A stretch of 64,000 bases of DNA from Phoronis australis (lineage: Eukaryota; Animalia; Phoronida): the NCBI GenBank assembly GCA_002633005.1, contig NMRA01000009.1, positions 101,138 through 165,137 of the forward strand, given 5' to 3'. Of the stretch, positions 52,919-63,599 are shown in pieces. The number at the start of each line of letters is the position of its first letter. The stretch's first letter is position 1. The position numbers were made by a program, and so were the translations under genes. The notes under the pieces are model-generated. The model searched no databases, was not told where the DNA came from, and was given only the letters and a program-made list of their open reading frames with translations.

Positions 52919-55900
52919 GATACGTCATCTAACACAGTAACTACATTTTATTTAAAATTGCATGCCGCCGGTCTTCTGTGTGTTGACGCCAGGGCGGCCG
53001 TCCTTTCTACCTTCTTTTGTTTTTCTCATAGTCTGCATGATGGTTTTTTTTTACCGCCGTAGTTTACTTAGATGGCGGGCGAACTCTTCCCAAAAACATC
53101 ACATTGACAAATTAAAATGAAAACACCCAAGACGATAGCACGTGCATCAGTTGTGCACAACTCAACGTGCGTCTGCCTCGTGTGTGGACTAGAACAGTTT
53201 TCAAGGGGTGGGGTATTCATTGTCTTGCTAGTGGCCACACCGAGTAACGTTGTGCTGTACTGTACTGCTAAATCATATGGCTGGACCAATATACGGAAAA
53301 ATAACCTTTGCACCTGTAAATCTTATGGCCGCACCAAATAGAATCTACACGATCAATCTAGCTAGCTAAGAAATTGAGACATTTTATTTTGGTAATAACG
53401 ATAACAAGGACAATGATTGTATTTATATGTGATTTCAATGTTATTAATTATTAATCAATCTTGGCTAAAATTACACTGTACAATAAGAAGTCAGTTCCAA
53501 TTAAGAAATATGGCATTTCACTCTCTGTGACCACACGGAACCGTCCTCCGCCTTCCCTCCCTTTTTCTTAATTTCGGACCAGTCCACAAATTCCTTTGGG
53601 CACGACCACACGCTGTGACCTTTTGTATGCAGTAGACAAGACGCAAAGGTGAACATCTAGGCCAACTGCTCGCTGGTACCCTACGTCCCTAACCAGCACG
53701 CTCGCTCTGACCACCTAGCGACTGAATAGGTAGGAGCGCACTGCATCGATGTTTTTTACTGCTGGAGCACAGAGACGCGGACCAAACTTAACCTTAAATT
53801 CGCAATAAAAACAGCACAAAGAAGAGAATTTATTTATTTTCATCTCGGAAATAATAGAGCGTTTATTGCTCGCTGAGAATTCGCTCACCGCCACACAAAT
53901 TTTTCTTGCATTGGCGACTGGGTGAGTGGCTAAGAATATAATGTGCATGCGAAATTGCTCGGAAAAATGAGTATGCATTTGCATTTTTAAAAGAATATCC
54001 GCGGGGTTCGATAGAGCCCCTCCTCTGGATACGAGCCTCAGGATGAAGAAGTTATCATCGTTTACGTAACTTCTCTTCTCAGTATTTACTGCCTTTAATA
54101 ACCGTCCTCATACCAAGCTATGACATGCTACAGAGGAAGAAAGCCAAGTCTGGGTTTAGGAGATTGGTGTTGATTTCTTCCATTGCGTAAATAGCGAGCA
54201 CACAGTGCCGGATTAAGTAGTTTCGGGGTCCGTAGCATAAGTCGTAGCGCCGGCGGTGCCCCTAGGCCTACTCAAATACTCATACAACGATTGTCTCAAA
54301 GGAAAAGCAAAATAAGTGAATTTTTCACTTTTGAATAGGAAAGCAATGAGACGGCGTCTACATGTACATGGTGAGGCAGTGTTTCCACTGCTAGCTGGTA
54401 ATCGAACGATTTCAGGATAATTCAAACACGGCTAATCAGAGGCCACACGCTTGTGTCAATCTTAATATGAAGAATGCTACCTTTGTCAAATCGGTGAAAG
54501 TCAATAATTATGTAATAGTTCGTAGGACATCTGACCCCTTCTTTCAACGAAAACTAAAAGGATAAGTTAGCGCCTTGCATGAAGAGATCTCCATCTTAGA
54601 GAATTCAAGAAGGCTAATACTGGTGTTGTGCATGAAAGCTAAAAACTGACTTATTAATGAAAGCAAAACATGATAAGAAAGACAGTCAATGTTTGCCCAT
54701 GTACACATATCTGATGAAAAGTTAAGGAACATAACCAAGTCCATATTTGGGTGTTTCCTGACAACCGGCCACTCATTGTTGCCCAGATTTAAATCCATTT
54801 TGGGTAGGAATGTTATCTATTATTTAAAGAATTACTAATATGAAATCAATCCAAAAGTGCAGAGCAAGTGACATGTTTTAGTAGAGTCTATATGTGTTTC
54901 TATTCATACGGACTCAAGTTTGACAATAAGCATACATTTGTTACAAAAACAAAAAGTACCACTACTCTAAACTCTCACTAATTTAGGGTAGACAAGTGAA
55001 ATTTATTTTCCCATTTTTTCATAAAAGATATGTAGCATCAAATTGATGCTTTACTATATTCAAGTAAGTTCTGTAACCCTAGCTACCATCCTAAAATAAT
55101 TCTGAAAAACGGAAAAAGGGTAATTTTGGTGATCACTTTAGTCCCAAATTGTTTAGATTTCACCATATACATCAGAAATTACAGTGTTATGAATTGAGAT
55201 TTTATAACAGCCCACTAAGAATTAGATTATCAGGGAGTTAAGGTGTTAAAATTCCACATGAAAAATAAGGGTGGCAAATGTACCAGGATTAAACTTACTT
55301 TGACCAAACCTCAAACGAAATCGAATGCAGAAAATAAGTGATTTTAACTTTCTCACAAAGTGACTTTAAGAACATTAATAATTAAGACAACCAATACAGT
55401 TAATTCAATTACATTCACACATCTGCCAATAAATAAAATAGCCCCATAAATACTTAACATGACACCAGACACAATGTTATTGATACTTTCCAAGGTCAGG
55501 TATCATGACACAACTACAAGATGTTTACCAGTGACACAAGTTAGACAAATAACAAACCAAATGAACTACATACAGCTTTTAATGACAAAAACAACTTTGA
55601 AGTTACACATATCATCACAGCAGTTATGTTGATATAGAGGGAAATTGCATACAAAATGTCAAATTGTTACCAATCTTTAAGATCAGATCACCTGTTTGAG
55701 GTGGAGGTACTCTCAGCGTTTTTAAGAAGACCTGGTAAATCCTGGGTATTTGTACACAACAGGTCATAAATCTCAATAAATGCAGATCAGGTCAAAGAAA
55801 TGTGCCAAAACCTTGGATGTCATTGCATGTTCTTAAACAAAAAGGCTTAGGTCTACACTTTTCATATAATCAAAACACCAATAGGCTGGAAAAACAACAC

Positions 55901-57408
55901 TCCACAAGTCCTCTTATCACAGAATTTAACACAAAATTATCATGACTATGTTACATGTGAAATAAACAGGACTTGGGAATGACTGCATTAGTAGCCAAAT
56001 TAGTAGACATTTGAAGATTACATAACTGGATAAAACAGCAAATGAAAGACAGTGTCAGTTACTTAATTAGCAGATGAGTTGATTAAATATGCATCATTTT
56101 CATTACACTTCCTTTTGACTCAATGACATTTAATTCTGTCAATTACTGTAGCTGCCATAAACACCCTAATTATCATCATGACAGAATCCTGACTAAAGTG
56201 AGTCACACTCCCAGAATACTAGTCCATTAACTCTCATTGTGACATACGCCTTTCTGTGAGTTACCAAGACACTACCAAACATGCCCATCGGCGAGTTGGG
56301 TACTTTTCAATTTGTGACTCAGTTAATCCTTAACTTCATTAGAAGATGACATGAAGACAGTTTTAACAAGTCACAAAAAAAAGACAAGTTTTTATTTTTT
56401 TTCAAAATTTTGCCAATAGTTTAGTAGTACTTTTCAATATTGTGATTGATGCAATGGTCTCCAAACTATTCATTGTAGAAGATGTAATTGATTCACGTTT
56501 AAAACAGTCATGATTCAAGATTGGAATTTGAAATGACAAACATGAAATGATGTAAGTACCAGGATAGACAGGGTATGAATTTGATTGACTGTTGACAGTT
56601 TTTCATTTTACCTAGTGAATACCTACCTCAGCATATGATGCTATAAATCTAGAATATTATAAAACAGCCTGTGAGAGCATCTTACTTTGAATGTTTCATA
56701 ATAATTCACAAATAGTTCGAGACATTTCACCACATGGTATACATGCCCTCATTCAGCCAAATGCACTTCTAAAACAAGTGAAAATGAAATATAAGTAAGA
56801 TATTGATAATAACTGAAAACTTAGCAAAATCCAACAACTTTCTTTCAGTGACACAAAAATAAAGGACAATATTGTTAATAAGTTTAAGAATACTTATTGA
56901 TAAGATGCACTGAAAACAAAAAAACAGTGCTCAGCGCAATAAAGATAAGCCAATATTATACACAGATTTTACTTGAAAGTCGTACAACTTCCAGTACTGA
57001 GGGACATGGGGCTCAACTTCAACTCAAGGCATGCTATTCAAGTTGCAACAAAACACAAACTTCTGTTTCACATTTATAAATCTTTAGTGGTAAAAGCCAT
57101 TGATATGGGTTCTGGACTTTGAGAACCAGTTTGAAGACTGTTATTCAGTGGAGAAAACTGGTTCTCAAAATGCGGGACCCCCATAAGTGACTATTACCGC
57201 TTTAGTGACAAATCTTGGCAAACCCTATCTTTCATACAATCATATATTTGCCTTTGTAAAACAATTAACAATAATATGGTAATAATTACACCATTTCATC
57301 TTTATACCACAACAGCTTATCTTAAATAATTTAAAAGGAATGAATCGTCAACAATGCTGTAAAATTCTATGGCCCAGTTTCTGTCACCATGTGACTTCAT
57401 TGTTAGAG

Positions 57409-57414
57409 TTTATT
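57409..57414 (-). terminator. Candidate proximal poly(A) signal for VTI1A
   Basis: AATAAA on the minus strand about 38 nt after the stop. Another lies at 55002-55007, so a longer 3' UTR is possible. Confidence 0.3.
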
Positions 57415-57451
57415 CACTGTATTGCACACTGATCCACTGACTAGTTGATAA

Positions 57452-57548
57452 TCAGGAGGACTTCTTGGTGGCGAAGTAAATAGCAACAATAACAACTATC
57501 AACAAAATGATGCCAACTGCAATCAGTAGTATTCGATTCTGAATTACT
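57452..57548 (-). CDS. VTI1A: VTI1A last coding exon (C-terminal transmembrane anchor, stop)
   Basis: TTTCTTTTTCAG|A VIQNRILLIAVGIILLIVVIVAIYFATKKSS*; phase 2 fits the previous exon; hydrophobic tail anchor. Confidence 0.93.
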
Positions 57549-58664
57549 CTGAAAAAGAAACAAGTTCTCAAAATAGCACCCTGTTACTATTAGGGTAGTA
57601 ATTTACTCATCACCCAAAATGCGAAGGCAGAAATTTGTAAGCTAAAGCTTTTTGAAAATTTAGAATTACTAAGTAAGTAAGTAATTTTTTATTATAGTGA
57701 TATGTGTTCAAATGAATTTAAACAATGAATACCTTAAAAGCAGGAATACCCAACCCTCCATGGTACTTATAAGTCACTTCAGAAACATAATACAAAAATG
57801 AAAAAAACAAGTGTACAGCATTGCAAGAGGACCAAAAAGAGAAGACTGAGATAAGAGTGATCATAAATAAATATAATTTTTCCTTACTTAAAAATATTTT
57901 TGATGAAAACATGAAGTTTTTCTGATAACATCTTTTTGCATGATTGTAATTAATTTACTTTCACAGCTTTCTGGTGCCACTATATATCTGGTGTCAAGTT
58001 TCATGTACATCTGTTCAGGCATTTTGACAATACAAACGCACACTGTTGAAAACTAAAACGTCCAACAGGGTGTGCTGATGTGGTCAAATTTGTCCAAAAA
58101 TCAACTAGTGCAAGCACATCTCAGCCATATATCATTGCGTCAAGTTTCGACAAAATCTGTTGAGGTGTTATGACAATAATCAAAAGCAACTGGTTCAACC
58201 ACATTCCAATCACACATTTTTACATCAAATTTCACTGAAATTTGTCAAGTCATTTCGCCATAAATTGATGGACAATTCATTTCTCAAGTATCGTCAAAAT
58301 TTCTCCACTCATTTTCACAACAACTAATGGACAAGGAAATTTTTGTGAAAAAATAAAACAGCCAACAGAGGGTGTCGTGGTAGTCGAATCCAGGTGAAAA
58401 AGACAGTAACATTAGTCTGTGTCAAACTTCATCATGTTCTGTGAAACCGATTACAAGAAAATTAATGGACAACCAAATGTATCGATTAACCACAATATTT
58501 TTCGAGGCCACAAAAAAATAGCCCTGCTTTACCTCATTTCTTAAAATCTAAAGGCCTATTTTACTAACACCAGCCATGACAGCCATTGTTTCAGCCACTG
58601 TAACAGCATACTTCAAAGAATGAGAAGGAATATGTGATATGTTCACCTGGAAACCAAGATTGCC

Positions 58665-60096
58665 GAAGACAAGAAATGCTGTACAAAAGAAATGCTGTAG
58701 ATAAGACAAGAAATGCTTTAGATAAGACAAGAAATGCTGTAGTTAAGACAAGAAATTCTGTAGATAAGACAAGAAATACTGTAGATAACACAAGAAATGC
58801 TGCAGACACGACAAGACATGAGAAATGCTGTGGATAGGACAACAAATGCTGTAGATAAGACAAGAAGTGCTGTAGATAAGACAAGAAGTGCTGTAGATAA
58901 GGCAAGAAGTGCTATAGATAAGGCAAGAGGTGCTGTAGATAAGGCAAGAAGTGCTGTAGATAAGACAAGAAGTGCTGTAGATAAGGCAAGAAGTGCTATA
59001 GATAAGGCAAGAAGTGCTGTAGATAAGGCAAGAAGTGCTGTAGATAAGGCAAGAAATGCCGTAGATAAGACACGAAATGCTGTAGATAAGGCAAGAATTG
59101 CTGTAGATAAGACACAAAATGCTGTAGATAAGACAAGAAGTGCTGTAGAAAAGACAAGAAATGCTGTAGATAAGACACAAAATGTTTTCAGGGCTTGGAA
59201 TGACCAATGACAAAAAACACGGAAACTTTGAAACTCTTACGGCCCAAATCATCGCCCGATAACCTGAACCTTTCCCCGACAAAAATCGAGGACTAAAAAA
59301 AAAAGAAAAAGAAAAAAAAACAAAAAACGTTACCACCATCAGTACCATGCGTCTGCGTCCTTTTAGCTCGCCCGTCTACTCCCAACCCACACATTTCTGG
59401 CTGCAGAGCGGTAGTATTTGTCGCCGCGCTTAACAATAACACGAGACGCCATTGAAAATCACACCACACCACCCTATCCCAGATGCCCCGGCAATGTTGA
59501 CAATTTACGTTCCTCCGAACATAAAGAGCAACTTCCGCTTTTCGAGGTGAACGTCGTCTGCAACGCCGCGGTAAGAAAGGAATTTGCCGCGGAAATTTTA
59601 TATCAAATCCGATTTTTTTACGCGGAAATATTATAAAAAAAGCGGAAAGCACATTTGAAAAAAGCGGAAATCCGCGTTTCCGCGGAAAATTCCAAGCCTT
59701 GTGTTTTAGATAAGACACGAAATGCTGTAGATAAGGCAAGAAATGCTGTAGATAAGGCAAGAAATGCTGTAGATAAGACATGGGACACTGTAGATAAGAC
59801 AAGAAGTGCTGTAGATAAGGGAAGAAATGCTGTAGATAAGGCAAGAAATGCTGTAGTTAAGACACGAAATGCTGTAGATAAGACACGAGATGCTGTAGAT
59901 AAGACAAGAAGTGCTATAGATAAGGCAAGAAGTGCTCTAGATAAGGCAAGAAAGGCTGTAGACAAGACAAGAAATGCTGTAGATAAGACACGAAACGCTG
60001 TAGATAAGGCAAGAAATGCTGTAGATAAGGCAAGAATTGTTATAGATAAGGCAAGAAATGCTGTAGATAAGGCAAGAAATGCTGTAGATAAGGCAA
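58665..60096. repeat. 21-bp minisatellite array in the last VTI1A intron, split by a MITE
   Basis: Unit AATGCTGTAGATAAGACAAGA repeated at about 58665-59185 and 59702-60096. Confidence 0.92.
59189..59701. mobile_element. hAT-like MITE with 6-bp TSD (hAT6-like)
   Basis: TGTTTT|CAGGGCTTGGAAT ... ATTCCAAGCCTTG|TGTTTT; subterminal GCGGAAA repeats. Confidence 0.78.
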
Positions 60097-60531
60097 TATT
60101 TCACCAGATGCACCAGTAGTATAACATGTACACATTTGAGAGTGAAAGAAACATTATGTAAGTTTGTGGATGAAACTACATGGCAAAGTCTTCAGACAGC
60201 CTAACAACCAGCCAACTAGCCCTGTGACAGGTGGCTATCCCTCTTAAGATATAAGCATATAACAGAATTTCCACAACTCCAGTGCTTAGAGTGCTTGTCT
60301 GACAACCAGGACTGCCCAGGTTCAAATACTGCCGGGCACCATTCACCACCATAAGTGTAACACATGCCTGTACTCATTCTTTTAAGAACACTGCTACAGC
60401 TGAAGATGGCCGGAGAAATGACTGACCAAAACATCATGTCAATGTAAATAGGCCAGGGTTGGTGGGAACAGACGTCAAATTGATTCTACTACCAGACCAT
60501 CTACAAGTGGTTTTAGGAAATCCTGCATTAC

Positions 60532-60593
60532 CTGCGAACCATGGCAGAAAGGAGTCTGGAACTTTTACCAATGTTTGCATTTGTTTCCCGGAG
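60532..60593 (-). CDS. VTI1A: VTI1A penultimate coding exon (SNARE motif C-part)
   Basis: TTTCAG| LRETNANIGKSSRLLSAMVR+AG |GTAATG; 62 nt, phase 0 to 2; matches Vti1a LRETDANLGKSSRILTGMLRR. Confidence 0.93.
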
Positions 60594-61038
60594 CTGAAAT
60601 TTGAATAACATTGAAAATTAGAACAAGGCTTCAGATGAACCATGCACATTGTATACACATCTTTAGCGAAATCACCAAATTGATACCCAAACCTTGAACT
60701 TATTATTGTTTAAAAAACACAAGTATAGACGAACACAGAAACCAAGAATAAAAGTCAATAACGGTATTTTTTTGTATGATTTATATTTCCTGTAAGCTAT
60801 TTAACAGAAAATACAGTCATGTATCAAGTTCCTGTGAACTTAAGACAAATGTGAGAATGGATATTCAAAAGCAAAACGGCACAAAACAGTGCTTTAGTAA
60901 CACCAAAACAATACGCTTGTCCGCAGTTAAAACAAATATCCCATTTTAATGACGCTGTAAGAGTAATAAGCAGGGCCAATCACACAACAAAAAGCTTCCT
61001 GCGACACGGACATGTCTGTTCTCTTCTTCCTCCCTTAC

Positions 61039-61194
61039 CCGTTCCCTTGACCTTTGTATTTGTTCTCGTTGGTCATGAAGATCTTCTAAAACCTGAGCAC
61101 CAATTTTTTCTGTTTCCAGCACAGTTTGATAACCTTGTTCCAACCTACGACCACTTCTCTCTAGTCGTTCTGTGTTGTCAAGTAACCTTGTTCT
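61039..61194 (-). CDS. VTI1A: Vesicle transport SNARE VTI1A, internal exon (SNARE motif N-part)
   Basis: RTRLLDNTERLERSGRRLEQGYQTVLETEKIGAQVLEDLHDQREQIQRSRER closely matches Vti1a (RAHLLDNTERLERSSRRLEAGY...). TAG| acceptor, |GTAAGG donor, 156 nt, phase 0 to 0. Confidence 0.94.
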
Positions 61195-61660
61195 CTAACC
61201 AAAAGCAAAGCATACATTAATGTTATCCACCTTACAATTAATTCTGCTGACATTGTTTGGTCAGAACCAGAGATTTCTTCCAAAGAAGAGAAAGCCCCAT
61301 GGTAACACGTTTGGAATAATGTTCAAAAAGACCCCACGGGAGCTTGAGATCCTTTTGCACGACTGGCACATGAATAGAAAATATAGATTAAAGGGGAATG
61401 GACAGCATGTTTTTCAATTTTGACCCTTAAAATGACCATTAAAAGACTAGTGAATTAGGCCACTTACAGTTAAATAAACCGTCTTATCTTGATCTTCATT
61501 CAAAATATAGATCAATTAAAACATTAAAAGAACCGACAGTTGCTTATTGCTTTACACCAAGCTCATATATATATCACAACAGGTTAATTTAAGCCAACAA
61601 AGCAGAATGGCTGTAATTGGGATTTTTGGAGTTTTACTGTAACCAATTCCAATTCAAATA

Positions 61661-62463
61661 AATATAGATTATTACACGGCGAAGTCGTTATCCCCCATAT
61701 TCTAGAGAAAAAGTGGATTTTGGAGGCTCTAGATAAGGGGGATGACGACTGAGAACATGTAATAATCTATTTATACCACATACTGAACGAGAAACATTGC
61801 AATGAATCCATCTACCTCTCTCGACTCGCCTCAGCTTTGTAACTACTTTCTATGTCAGAGGCCCAGGGTCGGAGGTCATGACCTTTTAGGATAAACCGAG
61901 CAATTTTTGTCACATAATGCTTTTACTCAAAACCAATTGAAAAATTAAACGAAATAGAAATAACTATAAATTAAGGTTAAGCAACTATTATAGCTTACTA
62001 CACATTTTATCACACTAAGCTTCGACCGGGAAACTATCGTCTGCTAAAGTAGGTTACCACAACTAGTAACTGAGTATAATGCTCAAGTCAAAGGATCCCG
62101 ACGACACGATACCTGCATTCAAATTGGAGATCAATGATTTACAAGTGAGAGAAAATGAGAGAAAATTTTCACTGAATTAAAATATCGTTTTTATGGAAAT
62201 TATGCGTCTTATTTTACATAGCATATAAATGTCGGTACAATGCACTTTGTTGAACAAGCGATTGTTGCAAGTGCTCATTTAAATATTCTATTTTCACGTT
62301 CGATGATGTCAGCTGCTGAGTGGTGTAGTGGTAAAGTCGACGACTTGAAACTCTAAAAAGGCTGGGTTCAAAACCAGCCTCGGTTTCCCGCCAAAATGTT
62401 ATCTCACTCCGTTAGATAACTAAATGGGTTGTATTGGCCATTCGAGGCTGATATTGTGGTATA
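61661..62463 (+). mobile_element. TSD-less repeat carrying a tRNA-like module, copy 2 (VTI1A intron)
   Basis: 5' hairpin ATAGATTATTACA...TGTAATAATCTAT, then TTATACCACA complementary to the 3' end TGTGGTATAA; tRNA-like segment at about 62315-62385. Confidence 0.65.
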
Positions 62464-63158
62464 AAGTACATGAACAAGATGACGTTGCTTTGAAAGAATA
62501 AATATGCCCGTGAAGAAACTTGCTCACGGTAGGAAGATTCTCCAATTCAAACAAAAGGCGCCCGCTAAAATTTTTTGTCCAATAGGCCTTCAAAGCACAA
62601 GGCACTTCACACAATCACAAGACTGAAGATTTTATGCAATTATGTGAATAGCTACGCAGAAACGAAAGCTTTAAATTCACCAAATCAGTGCAAACCAGCA
62701 GCCAGGGTCTGGTGCTTTTCATTTGATAAATTGAGGTTTGTGTATGTAAGCATACCTGTGCGACAGCACATACAAAATTTGAGTTTTAAGAGTTTCCTTT
62801 CCAATATCTGTAAGAGTTTCCATTCCAATGTCTTAAAGCTTTGACTTTAATTAGAGCAATGTCTAGACTCCTCATTTCACAAGTTGTTCTTTTGGAAACA
62901 AGGTCTGGGTCAAAAGTAAAGAAATTGTGGCAAGATGTCATTATTTTTTTAATTTTAGTCTTGAAGGAGACCATTAAAATATTCCAAGTTTACCAATGAC
63001 TTGACAATAGAGGCATCATCAGACTGCTGTTATATGTTGAGTTGACACAGTGATACATTGTCCAATAAATGGATGTTCACACTTGAACTACAGATGCAAA
63101 TTGGGACTCACGTGGTCTCAATGGGAATACATGCCATTTTATACGACTAGAAATTTCT

Positions 63159-63334
63159 CAAAAAACGGACAATCACCGCACAAATGAAAAAGGTCATATG
63201 AATTCAACGTTTCGTCTATTCATTAGATATCATCACGACACAAACAATCAGACATGATGATGAAGTCTAATGAACAGGCGAAACGTTGAATTAATATGAA
63301 CTTTTTCATTTGTGCTGCGATTGTACATTTTTTG
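63159..63334. mobile_element. Penelope-like inverted repeat with degenerate hammerhead core
   Basis: About 75-bp imperfect arms; TGATGAAGTCT-AATGAAC-AGGCGAAACGTTG at 63258-63288. Confidence 0.55.
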
Positions 63335-63599
63335 ATTCTATTATGGCCAAAAACTGATGTAATTAGACATTTCTCATATCACATGCAATTGCTGTTTCTT
63401 CTTGCAGCACTTATAAAGTCAACTACTACATGCATACATTGTGGTCGGCAATACAGCCCCATCGTTTTTTTTCCAATGGAGGTTTTTGGCCTGAAATTCA
63501 CTAATTCACTTGGGGGTAATAAATGTTTTCGAAAAAGCCTCAAGGAACTTCAGAGAAAAAGAGGAAAACGGAAAAAAATGAAATTGCCACTACTGGGCA

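Larger units (their letters stand above)
49759..53932. mobile_element. Repeat family R1 (copy 2), with internal foldback and three nested insertions
   Basis: Collinear with the reverse complement of 14240-16632; interrupted at about 50537-51287, 51308-51627 and 52606-52918. Confidence 0.75.

Noticed and set aside
58591-60119. Long ORFs (up to 201 aa) with AVDKTRN, LIYSTSC or YLQHFLS repeats
   Set aside because: Translations of a 21-bp minisatellite inside a VTI1A intron.
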